Assembly (NCBI RefSeq): GCF_018350175.1
Contig: NC_058369.1
Coordinates: 111,166,001-111,230,000, forward strand
Reading direction: 5' to 3'
Source of the DNA: Felis catus
Lineage: Eukaryota
DNA length: 64,000 bases
In this document: one piece after another, positions 53,078 through 64,000 of the stretch
How the letters are laid out: each line of letters starts with the position of its first letter
Position numbering within the stretch: position 1 is the first letter of the stretch
The notes under the pieces: model-generated
Told to the model about the DNA's origin: nothing
Databases searched by the model: none
Seen by the model: only the letters and a program-made list of their open reading frames with translations
Position numbers and translations under genes: made by a program

Positions 53078-54010
53078 TTTAATCCACCCACCCCCTCACT
53101 TCCACTCTGGTAACCATCAGTTTGTTCTCTATAGTCTGTTTCTTGGTTTGCCTTCCTCTCTTTTTTCTCCTTCACTCATTTGTTTNNNNNNNNNNNNNNN
53201 NNNNNNNNNNNNNNNNNNNNNNNNNNNNNNNNNNNNNNNNNNNNNNNNNNNNNNNNNNNNNNNNNNNNNNNNNNNNNNNNNNNNNNNNNNNNNNNNNNNN
53301 NNNNNNNNNNNNNNNNNNNNNNNNNNNNNNNNNNNNNNNNNNNNNNNNNNNNNNNNNNNNNNNNNNNNNNNNNNNNNNNNNNNNNNNNNNNNNNNNNNNN
53401 NNNNNNNNNNNNNNNNNNNNNNNNNNNNNNNNNNNNNNNNNNNNNNNNNNNNNNNNNNNNNNNNNNNNNNNNNNNNNNNNNNNNNNNNNNTAGATAATAC
53501 TGCTCTAAATATTGGGGTGCATATATCGCTTTGAATTATTATTTTTGTATACTTCAGGTAAATACCTAGTACTGTAATTGCTGTATTGTAGTTCTATTTT
53601 TAACTTTTTGAGGAACCTCCGAACTGTTTTTCAGAGTGGCTGTTCTAGTTGGCATTCCCACCAATGGTACAGAAGGATTTCCCTTTCTCCACAGCCTCAC
53701 CAACACCTGTTGTTTCTNNNNNNNNNNNNNNNNNNNNNNNNNNNNNNNNNNNNNNNNNNNNNNNNNNNNNNNNNNNNNNNNNNNNNNNNNNNNNNNNNNN
53801 NNNNNNNNNNNNNNNNNNNNNNNNNNNNNNNNNNNNNNNNNNNNNNNNNNNNNNNNNNNNNNNNNNAGATTAAGGAGTGCACTTGTTGTGATGAGCCCTG
53901 GGTGTTGCTTGGAAGTGTTGAATTACTAAGTTGTACACCTGAAACTAATATTACATTGTATGTGAACTAACTGGAGTTTAAATTTTTAAAAAAAATTTAA
54001 TTAAAAATAC
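53078..54010 (+). mobile_element. Carnivore L1 with 5' inversion (inverted arm 53078 to at least 53717, sense 3' end from 53868)
   Basis: Antisense L1 arm, N-blocks 53186-53490 and 53718-53867, then sense terminal gattaaggagtgcacttg...ctggagtttaaa and A-rich tail; TSD-like ga(g/a)ttcagtta at 53067-53077 and 54011-54021. Confidence 0.8.
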
Positions 54011-54079
54011 GAATTCAGTTAAGATTGCTTATTACAAGGTCAGCATAAAACATAAAGAGTTAAAAAGATTACACAAAAT

Positions 54080-54292
54080 GGGGTGCCTGGGTGGCTCAAT
54101 CAGTTAAGCATCTGACTTTGGCTCAGGTCATGATCTTGCGTGATCTTTGTGAGTTCTAGCCCTGTGTCAGGCTCTGAGCTCTCCACACAGAGGCTGGAGC
54201 CTGCTTCAGGCTGTCTCCCCTTCTTTCTGCCCCTCCCATGCTCATGCTGTCTCTGTTTCTCAATAATAAGTAAACATTAAAAAATTTTTTAA
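54080..54292 (+). mobile_element. Can-SINE with perfect 17-bp TSD
   Basis: aaaaagattacacaaaa at 54062-54078 and 54293-54309. Confidence 0.95.
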
Positions 54293-54501
54293 AAAAAGAT
54301 TACACAAAAGGTAATAAAAGATGATATTATTTACAATACCAGTTGAAGCCTTTGTGGAGAAATTGATAAAATTATTGAAGAACAAATAAGAAAACTTAAA
54401 TAAATTTGAGAGTTGCTGTGTTCATAAATAGGAAGACTGCATCTTTAAAAAATCATTTATTCTCAAATCAGTCTATAAATTTCTTTGTTATTAAAACAGC
54501 T

Positions 54502-54725
54502 GAGGTGCCTGGATGGCTCATTCAGTTAAGCAGCCAACTTCAGCTCAGGTCATGATCTTGCGGTTTGTGGGTTTGAGCCCCACGTTGGCTCTGTGCTGAC
54601 AGCCCGCTTTGGATTCTGTGTGTATGTGTCTCTCTCTCTGCCCCTCCCTTGTTTACACTCTGTCTCTGTCTCTCTCTCTCTCTCAAAAATAAATAAACAT
54701 GAAAAAATAAAAAGGAAAAAAAAAA
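54502..54725 (+). mobile_element. Can-SINE
   Basis: TSD taaaacagc at 54492-54500 and 54726-54734. Confidence 0.92.
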
Positions 54726-54764
54726 TAAAACAGCCAACTTTCTTTAAGAGATAGATAACTCATA

Positions 54765-54976
54765 GGGGCGCCTGGGTGGCTTGGTCGGTTAAGTGTCAGA
54801 CTTCGGCTCAGGTCATGATCTCACGGTCCGTGAATTCGAGCCCCGCGTCGGGCTCTGTGCTGACAGCTCAGAGCCTGGAGCCTGTTTCAGATTCTGTGTC
54901 TCCCTCTCTCTCTGCTCCTCCCCTGTTCATGCTCTGTCTCTCTCTGTCTCAAAAATAAATAAACGTTAAAAAAAAA
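54765..54976 (+). mobile_element. Feline Can-SINE with 18-bp TSD
   Basis: aagagatagataactcat at 54746-54763 and 54977-54994. Confidence 0.96.
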
Positions 54977-55511
54977 AAGAGATAGATAACTCATGCATGA
55001 TACAAAAATCAAATGTACTAAATGGTATTACATAGTAAATAGTAAATCTCACTTTCACACCAGCTCAACCAATATATTAACAATGATTGGTTGGTTGGGC
55101 AAGGGACACAGACAAATAGATCAAAGGACCAGAATACAGTGTTATTTTTAATACCTTTTTATATTCCAGAATTTGCATCACATAAAATGGTCAAGGGACA
55201 TACTATTATTAATTAAATGTTTTGGGAAGAATTAATATATTCAGTTTGTAAACTCATAATCAAATGATGTACTCAAATATCTATTTTTATAATACCACTG
55301 TTAGTCAATTGGACAGGTTACTAGTTAAACTTCTCCCAGGCTGATGTATAGTAAATGCAGAGTCTTGCATTTTGTGGAGGGATGAAGAGGAGTTTTTCAG
55401 AAGTATGGGAAGGATTTTAGTTAAGTTTAACTAAATTTAGGTGACCAAAGTACTCAATATTTATATAGCTCACCAATTTTCAAAAGACAGTTTGAGACTG
55501 ATTTAAAAAAA

Positions 55512-55722
55512 ATTTTAATTTTTTATTTATTTTTGAGAGACAGAAACAGAGCACGAGCAGGGGAGGGGGAGAGAAAGGGGGAGACACAGAATCCGAAGCA
55601 GGCTCTAGGTTCTGAGCTGTCAGCACAGAGAGAGCCCAACGCAAGGCCATAACTCACAAACCTTGAGATCATGGCCCGAGCCGAAGTCGGTCACTTAACC
55701 GACTGAGCCAACAAGGTACCCC
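55512..55722 (-). mobile_element. Feline Can-SINE
   Basis: gacacagaatccgaagcaggctc...cttaaccgactgagcca; imperfect TSD aga(c/t)tgatttaaa. Confidence 0.92.
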
Positions 55723-56237
55723 AAGATTGATTTAAATAAAAGATTCAGATTGAAGGGTACTGTTGAGTGAAATAGAGGGTGATAATTAAGTCAAGGAAGA
55801 AAGGTAGATACTCTACCCTAAAGCCTCACAAAATACCAGTTGGTGCCTAAAACCACCAATGAGGAAATAACTTTTAAGCTGACGGCTGAGTGACTAGAAA
55901 AGCCCAGCCATGTAAAGAAAAGGCATTCCAGGTAAGAGGAACACCAGTGCAAATACCCATAAGTCCAAGATATATTTGGGCTGTTTTCAGAATAAAGGCT
56001 AATGTAGTCACACAGAATTTTCAACAAAACAGAGGTAAAAAAATTAATAGTTAGGCAGGGACCGTTTGAATATTGTGTCCAAATTGCCTTTTCTGGTAGT
56101 TTGTCTCTAGAAAGCGCTATGCCAGTGCTAAAGGAAGAGAATGTTCTTTACCTTTTAATTTTTCCATGGGTACCAGAAATATGCTGAATGTAATTCTAAT
56201 CCCACTGCATGCAACAACCATTTAAATATTGCATGGC

Positions 56238-56277
56238 GAATGAATGAATGAATGAATGAATGAATGAATGAATGAAT
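56238..56277 (+). repeat. (GAAT)10 microsatellite at an L2-like 3' end
   Basis: Ten GAAT units; flanked by direct repeat taaatattgcatgg. Confidence 0.95.
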
Positions 56278-58289
56278 AACTAAATAAATAAATATTGCAT
56301 GGGATTGTAGATGTGATAGCAGGAAAACTCAGTACATCTGTTTATATGTTCATTCATATTTTTATGAACCTAGTAATAGCATGTAAAAGAGTTCAGGGAT
56401 AATGAAATTGATTAAGAAACAATAGCCTCCAGTCTCATGGAGCTGTATCTTATGGGGGTTTAGCTCAGGGTCTGCCATTGTGTGAAAGTAGATAATTTAG
56501 TTGTCTTGGCATCTATTAACCATGAGAGGGGTTGCCTAGATTAACTATTAAGGTCCCTACCAGCTTTAAAAATATCAGAGAATCACCTTTTTCCTTACCT
56601 GAAGCAGATCAGGTCACAGCACTATCTTTGTTGTATAACAAAAGTAACTTTGATTGAATAAGAAAATTGCCACAGTAATGTGTTAGTCCAGTACTATTAG
56701 TTTATAGGACTACACATTTTGGGCTTAGGAGCTCATTCTGCTCTAGTTTGTATAACTTTCTTCTGAAGTTTGTGCTAGTGCCTGACTGGTTTTGAATGTC
56801 TTACCGATTCACAAAATCATCGGTCAGACCTGTTTACAAAAAACTATTCAGTAATTGTTTTGACTTACCTCGTTAGTTTGATACTTTGAAGTAATAAGTA
56901 CAATCCCCTCCTCTTTCTTTTGTGTGCATGTGCTATATGTGTGTGTACATACGTAATTGTGTGTGTACATACATAATGCATGTATTAATTATAATTGAAT
57001 TATTTTTGTTTCCTCGTAGCAAGAGTTATGGTATTTTTCTACTAGTAGTAGAAAACAGAAGGAAAAATACTACTACGTACTAACCTCTTGTAGCTTAAAA
57101 CCAGATATTATTTGTTTCCATTTTAGTCATGAAGATTATCATTTTACTGTTAATCAGAAATATAAAGCTTTATCATCAGTGTTATTTTTTTTTCTTCCTA
57201 TCTCTTTGCCCAGTTGACTACATTTGAGTTTTCTAGATCTTTGGAACTGCATTTCACTTTTAAAAAGTAGGTGTTATTTTGGACTAATAAATACAGCAGA
57301 AATTCATTTAAATAGCCCTGTAACAAATTATTATAAAGAAGCAGAAAGTTTATTCACATATCTTACTAAATATCACTACTCAATATATGTAATTTCTGCA
57401 AGTTAGTGGTTAAATTGATAAGAAATCATTTCCACCTATCTTTTTTTCCAACAATATATTTAAATCAAAATATTTATCTTTGTCAAAACAGTAAGTTGGA
57501 GTAAGCACTACAATGTTCTTAGGAATTTTTTTATTCATAAGTTTTTCTAAACCTCAGTTTTATAGTTAATATTTTTAGAATTTAGAAAGTGAGAGAGACT
57601 GTATTGGTTATTGGTTCTAGAATCTTATTTTATTGGGTTTTACACCTACTCTGGGTGATATTTAAATGATGCCAAAGCTACATGTTGCAATCAAGATAAC
57701 AACAGTATTTTTTTCCTTCTTTCTCATTCCAATCTTTTGAAATGCAATGCATGGAAATTTTTCTTTCATATGTTAAGTGTATCTCATTGCTGAATATAGT
57801 GTGCCTTACTGAAGTATTCACTTCTTTGCCAAAAACACATCAGTCATTCACAAATATTCAGTACTCTGAGAATGAAAATTTTTTTAGCTTCTTGGGTAGT
57901 TGGTGAAAGCCAGTTTGCAAAGATTTCTAACTCCATGGTGTTAGACATTATTATGTGGAATCTAAGGCTTAAGTATTAACAGTGCATGAGGTAGAATTCT
58001 ATATACACTGGAATCTATGAGCTACAATATTCTAGACTGAGAGTGATAGCCAGTTAATAGATTGGTGATAATTAGTCTTTTTTGTCTTGTGGATGAGATA
58101 AAAATGCATTATGATTTTGGAGAACAAAATTGGTTCTATCCCAGAAATATTCATTAATATCTAAGAAAATATCTGTAAGATAAAAATAAAATTTCTGAAT
58201 TAATTAAAACATGGAAATTCATATAAACAAACCTAAGACGTTGATAATAATTGCTGTAATAATTGCTCATAAATGTTTGGGGATGACTA

Positions 58290-58454
58290 GGGGTGCCCGG
58301 GTGGCTCAGCTGGTTAAGCGTCCAACTCTTGATTTGGGCTCAGGTCATGATTTCATGGTTCCTGAGATTGAGTCCCATGTTGGGCTCTGTGCTGATAGTG
58401 CAGAGCCTGCTTGGGATTCTCTCTCTTCCCTCTCTCAAAACAAACATTTTAAGA
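58290..58454 (+). mobile_element. Older Can-SINE inserted in an L2 tail
   Basis: TSD aaatgtttg(t)gggatgact at 58271 and 58455. Confidence 0.92.
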
Positions 58455-59616
58455 AAATGTTTGTGGGATGACTGAATGAATGAATTGAAAATCACTTACA
58501 ATAGCTGATATTTAAACTGCATATGTACCTTTATACTTTGTATGTTTCTAGGCCCATTACATTGGGTTATCTAGGCATAAAGATATATAAAGAATATATT
58601 TAAAGGCAGTATTTGATTTGAAAAAAGTAAGGAAGATCTTCACTTTCTTTGTTATGATACTTTTATTAAGGGCATAATATTTTTTATGAATATTAACTAT
58701 GTCATACTTCGAATAGGGAATTCCTTCAATGACTAAGGTTTGAACAGCTGTTTCCTTCAGACAAAATGGCATTTTCCTTTAAATTTTTCATCCACTTGTA
58801 GGCCTCTTTCTAGTGGACTACATTCTGGCATCCTAATTCGTTATGTGTACTATAGTTAGGAAATAAAAAAGCAAATGATTGAGCTTGTTACTTTGGTTTT
58901 TAAAGTAAGCGTCAAAAGACCCTTAGGAAGGGTTTCTTCTGTTAATATATATTCATTTAAGTTCATATCTGTAGAAAATAAAGTTTGGCCAATAAAAGGC
59001 CAAATGCTTGAGTCTTTCTTATGTTCTGGATTGCTGAAGTTATTACAGTATCTTTCACAAAAGAAAATGTTACCTTATAATCCTACTCAATATCGTATTT
59101 ACCTGAAAACACTAACAGGAAAAACCCAACTGAACCTTCTTCTACCCCTTTTAGAAAATAGCCCTAAAGCTGTTTCAAAGGTAACATAGCTACAAGAAAA
59201 GAAAAGAAAAGAAAATAGCCCTAAAGAGTGTTCTTAGGTATGTCAAATTTAAATTCTAGGATAATGGTAAATTGAACATCTCATATGACTTAGCTAAAAA
59301 AGTCAAACATCTTCTGGCATAATAGTAAAAAATTTATATAGAAAGATTACTTTAAAGGACCAATATCTGATACTAGACTCTCTGAAAAAAACTCAGCCAG
59401 CATTCTTTATAAATTTTTATTTTTCTTTAAATAAACATGAATTATAGTCTAATTCCTAATTTCTTGGCTCAAAACTGGCAATCTCACACATTGAAAAAAT
59501 CACTTTCTAATGTCTAAAGACAAACACATTTGGAAAGGTTATATAGAGTGCCAGGCACTTATGGGCGTTGATGTCAATTGAGGGGCTTCACCTTATGACT
59601 GCCTCATTTCACTGCT

Positions 59617-60066
59617 NNNNNNNNNNNNNNNNNNNNNNNNNNNNNNNNNNNNNNNNNNNNNNNNNNNNNNNNNNNNNNNNNNNNNNNNNNNNNNNNNNNN
59701 NNNNNNNNNNNNNNNNNNNNNNNNNNNNNNNNNNNNNNNNNNNNNNNNNNNNNNNNNNNNNNNNNNNNNNNNNNNNNNNNNNNNNNNNNNNNNNNNNNNN
59801 NNNNNNNNNNNNNNNNNNNNNNNNNNNNNNNNNNNNNNNNNNNNNNNNNNNNNNNNNNNNNNNNNNNNNNNNNNNNNNNNNNNNNNNNNNNNNNNNNNNN
59901 NNNNNNNNNNNNNNNNNNNNNNNNNNNNNNNNNNNNNNNNNNNNNNNNNNNNNNNNNNNNNNNNNNNNNNNNNNNNNNNNNNNNNNNNNNNNNNNNNNNN
60001 NNNNNNNNNNNNNNNNNNNNNNNNNNNNNNNNNNNNNNNNNNNNNNNNNNNNNNNNNNNNNNNNNN
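59617..60066. other. N-block, 450 bp, content unreadable
   Basis: Run of N directly before an MLT1 LTR body. Confidence 0.99.
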
Positions 60067-60579
60067 TATCTCTTAGTTTCTGTGATTCAGGAGTCCAGAC
60101 GTGGGCTAGCTGGGTCCTCAGGACTCACAAGGCTGAAATCAATGTGTTGGCTGTGACTGTGTCCTCATCTGGATATTGGAGTCCTTTACAAGATCATTCA
60201 TGTTGTCAGCAGAATTCGGTTTCTTGTGGTTGCAGTACTGAGGGCCCTGGTTTTTTGTTGGCTATGGGATAGATTGATTTTTTACCTCGTAGAGTCTACT
60301 CTCAGGTGCTTCCATGTTGCCCCCTCCACCTCAGCAATGAATCCTTCTTAAGCTTCAGACTTCTCTGATTTCATATTCTACCAGCCAGAGAAAACTCTCT
60401 TCTTTTAAAGAGTCCCATATAATTAAGTTAGTCCCACTTGGAAAATCTCTCTATCTTAAAGTCAAATAATTACTAATCTTAACTATGTCTACAAATTCCA
60501 TTGCCAGGTAACCTAACATAATCATGAATACCGGATGGGGAATATGTCATGTGAATATCTTACAATTCTGCCTTCCACA
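60067..60579 (+). mobile_element. MaLR solo LTR (MLT1 family); 5' end runs into the N-block
   Basis: gctagctgggtcctc...ctcacaaggctgaaatcaa...; terminal aattctgccttccaca. Confidence 0.8.
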
Positions 60580-61625
60580 GTAATTTTTTTAAAGTTTTTA
60601 TTATCGTATATCCTTCTGGCATAATCTCATCCCCTACTCAGCTTCAGATCAGCTTCAGGTACCAGCTCTGTGCTGATAACTCACAAATCTCTAGCTCAAA
60701 CCCCAGCTTCACTCCTAAGCCTTTAGACCTATATCAACAACTTCCACTGTCAATTTGGAGGTTTCATGGATACCTTATTTTAGAGATTGGAAAATGAATC
60801 ACCTGCTGGTTTGTATGAGTGATAAAAATTCTAAGAATGTATTATGAAAATGAGTTCCAGGGATGTTATATTTCCTCACTACTCTCCACTTGTAAGTTGA
60901 TAAGAACATGATTGCTTGTGTGATGTTATGCAAGAACCCAGAACTTTGGGAATGAAAGAACTAAAAGTAAGTTCCTTAGATTCAGAGATTGCTTAGAGTC
61001 CTTTCCTCCTTTCCATTTCTCCTCTCTGCCACTCTCAGAGTCTAGCACAGCTACTTTCATAGTTCTTTCGTACATTTGTTCTAAAGAATTAGCTACTACA
61101 TATTATGCATTATGTACTGCTTTGGGTGTTCTCTTGTTTTCATCCAGGTTTTTCTCACTGCTGATTTGATCATTTGTCCACCTTTAGGGACAAAACCTTG
61201 CAGGTAGGGGAGTACAAGTAAAGCCAAAGTTTTCTTCATTAAAGAAGAGGCCTTTATTCCCCTTTTCTTCCATTTCTCCCATCTGTTTTCTGCCAGGATT
61301 ATGACAGCAAAGTGGAAAGTGGGCTTCTAATGCAAATTTGACAAGAAACAGGGCATTGAGGACAAGAATCTTCTTTAACATGCTAAGGAACTCCTGACTA
61401 TACTTCTGAAGTAGTCTTTGGGATGACAGCTCATCTGGCTAAAGTACAAGTTTTTGTTTTAAAAATACGAATGATCCTCTTCATTTTCTTTTCTCAGTCT
61501 TCATACTCACATGCTCACATTTAGAGTGTTATATAGTATGCACACATATTTTTCATTGTTTTCCCTTTTGAAATAACATGAGAAAATTTCACCATTGACA
61601 AATAATCACATGCTTTATATGTTTT

Positions 61626-61842
61626 GTTTTTAATTTTTTTTAAGTTTATTTATTTTTGAGACAGAGAGAGACAGAGCATGAACGGGGGAGGGTCAGAGAG
61701 AGAGGGAGACACAGAATCGGAAGCATGCTCCAGGCTCTGAGCCATCAGCCCAGAGCCCGACATGGGACTTGAACCCACGGACCGCGAGATCGTGACCTGG
61801 CTGAAGTCGGACGCTCAACCGACTGAGCCACCCAGGCGACCC
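61626..61842 (-). mobile_element. Feline SINEC_Fc
   Basis: TSD gctttatatgtttt at 61612-61625 and 61843-61856. Confidence 0.96.
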
Positions 61843-61883
61843 GCTTTATATGTTTTAATTGGGCATTTAAAAGGGCATTATTT

Positions 61884-62097
61884 GGGATGCCTGGGTGGCT
61901 CAGTCGTTTGAGCATCCAGGTTTGGCTCAGGTCATGATCTCACGGTTTGTGAGTTTGAGCCCCGCGTCGGGTTCTGGGCTCACAGCTCAGAGATTGGAGC
62001 CTGTTTCAGATTCTGTGTCTCCCTCTCTCTGTGCTCCTCCCCTGCTCGTGCTGTCTCTGTATCTCAAAAATAAATAAATAAACATTAAAAAATGTTT
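61884..62097 (+). mobile_element. Feline Can-SINE
   Basis: TSD aaagggcattatttg at 61870-61884 and 62098-62112. Confidence 0.95.
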
Positions 62098-62279
62098 AAA
62101 GGGCATTATTTGTATTCACATAATCACTCATCTACTGGTTTACTGTCTCCCACTGTGGTTGACTTTCTTGGGATTAGTCTTTTCTAACTATACTGGCTTC
62201 TATTAATGATTCACTTATTCAGAAACCTTTTCAGTAGGAACCAAACTCAGGAGCTTAAATGAACCAAAAAGTACCAGGA

Positions 62280-62440
62280 GAGGCTCAGGGATCCATCACT
62301 GGGCTTTAGGTACTCCTGAATCCTATGAAATTGTCCACACACTAATGTATTTGTGTACGTGTGCATTTTTCTTAGGGTACTAGCCATTCTTTGTCTAATT
62401 CTCAAAGAAACGTGTAACCCCAGAAATGTAAGTGATCATT
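62280..62440. mobile_element. hAT-type MER MITE, family uncertain
   Basis: gggcttta...cctatgaaattg...gtgtgcatttttctt...ttctcaaagaaacgtgtaaccccagaaatgtaag. Confidence 0.45.
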
Positions 62441-63289
62441 TTTAAGCATGATACCAAATTTGGCTATTTGGGTTCTCAAACCTGAGATCAGAAGGCACAC
62501 ATTAAAGGTACAGGGAGGGTACCACAGCTAAGCCTACCCACAGCCACAGTGCACAACAGCAAGCAAGAAGAACCCACTCACAAACATATATTAGAAAAGT
62601 AGAGCTAGAACTAAAACCAAAAGAGCAGCCTAATTTCATAAGGGCCAACCATTGTGCATAACAAGCCCTAAGGGAACCACCAAGTCACAAAGCAGTGGCT
62701 GATAGGCCCAGGGATGGACCTGTGTTCTCCATATTGTGGGCATCTTTAAAAGCAGGGCTATATCTAATCAATTTTGAAAAGAGTCCCTTGAAACAGTAAA
62801 ATGACATTTAAAATATACTTTAAGAGAGAAGCTTCAGCCATCTGAAATGCTTATTCCCATATTAATTAAAATAGATATATGAGTTTATGGGATGTATCTC
62901 CTGCCCAGTAAAGCTATTTTATTATGGAGAATGAATCTTTACATCCAAAAGCCCAGTGCTTTGTTTATTAATTTTATACACATTTCTCTTAAGTGACTGA
63001 GAAATTCTTTTTGTAGAATAAACCTAAAGCTTGGTTTTATAAGGCCCTCCTTCACAGACCAAAATGAAAAAGATGCTAGCAGAAACTATAGTTTAGATAT
63101 TATGCCTTGGGAGAACTATTTCTATTTATATTAATGAGCTTATGAGTGAGGTCATCACAACTCATTCTAGGAAAGATCTCTGTCAGTGTAATCCTATCTA
63201 GAGAGAGTTTAAACAAGAGTAATGTTTGACTTGGCATTCTAAGTCAGAAACAAGTTACATGACAAATGATGCCACTATTTTTCACTAAA

Positions 63290-63960
63290 TGACAAACAGA
63301 TGGAAAAGAGTTACCATGTATCAAACATTCAAAAGGTTAATATCTGTAAAGTGCAAATACAATACCAGTAACTCAATAGAAAGATGGTCAAACGTATGAA
63401 GAACACATTCAAAGAGAAAGAACCAAAAATAGCCAATAAATAAATGAGTAGATGATCATTCTCAGTCATGATTAAAACATCAATGAGGTGCTATTTTTTC
63501 ATCCATTATATTAGTGAAAATAAAAAGACTTCTAGTACACAGTGTTAATTCAGGCTGGAAGGAAGGGGCACCATCATGTACAAGTGGAAAAGCATGCTGA
63601 TGAAATTTTGGAAAATCACAAATTGTAGTACTATCAAAATTTAAACTGTACATATGCTGCAGTCCAATAATTCCTTGTAAATGCAATACCAAAATGCTTA
63701 AGCAAATGTACAAGCATTTGTGTACTAGGATATTTATTTATTTATTTATTTGCAGCATTATTTATAGTGATAAAAAGTTGAAGGTAGTTTAGGTATTGGA
63801 CAATATAAAAATCAATTGCCATAATCCATACTCTGAAATGCTATATAGTCAGTACGATTAATAAGTAATGTCTAAATATATTAACATGGAAGAATGGATT
63901 ATATATTGAGTGGGAAAACATCCCCAATATGTAACTATATACATGAGGATGGTAAACTCA
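63290..63960 (+). mobile_element. Ancient L1M ORF2 end / 3' region
   Basis: aaaatagccaataaataaatgagtagatg...gcagcattatttatagtgataaaaagttg motifs. Confidence 0.7.
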
Positions 63961-64000
63961 ATAGATCTATGATGATGTTGTCATGTTGTTGTTGTAGGAG

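Larger units (their letters stand above)
52730..55000 (+). mobile_element. Ancient L1M ORF2 remnant hosting later insertions
   Basis: taaatgaaaaaataatatgatcatctca...aaaatcca and tgttcataaataggaagact...ctcaaatcagtctataaatt continue on both sides of the inserts. Confidence 0.6.

Noticed and set aside
35049-60272. Longest ORFs (231 aa, 234 aa, 170 aa, 143 aa)
   Set aside because: They are long only because X codons from N-blocks contain no stops.
284-62077. Recurrent ORFs such as MAQSV...SAQVMISQ...SLEPASDSVSPSLS
   Set aside because: They coincide exactly with Can-SINE bodies and are read-throughs of the repeat, not a gene family.
1-64000. Naming the host gene
   Set aside because: No readable coding exon; I could not recognise the flanks with confidence, so no symbol is given.

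Overview
Mammalian non-coding DNA from a cat-family (Felidae) genome, judged from 29 tRNA-derived Can-SINEs, the youngest of the SINEC_Fc type. It is AT-rich and rich in old L1/L2/MIR/MLT1/hAT/Tigger fragments, and reads like the inside of long introns of one large gene that I cannot name. No ORF in the supplied track looks like a real protein; all are SINE read-throughs, N-spanning artefacts or chance ORFs. There are no rRNA, true tRNA, CRISPR or prokaryote-like systems. Nine N-blocks (133-450 bp) hide sequence, and their flanks suggest some cover the most informative parts: a probable + strand exon at about 16.16-16.35 kb and a probable internal promoter/first exon at about 35-36.7 kb with a CAG|GTAAGT donor and a MEF2 site, inside a SINE-poor 21 kb block. 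I found no clearly novel biological system. The best leads are that hidden promoter/exon, a 16-bp-stem hairpin carrying CCAAT boxes, a 5'-inverted (twin-primed) L1, a TSD-flanked micro-insertion of unknown source, two old local duplications and closely spaced inverted SINE pairs. Repeat family names come from recalled consensus sequences, not a database search, and boundaries of old repeats are approximate.
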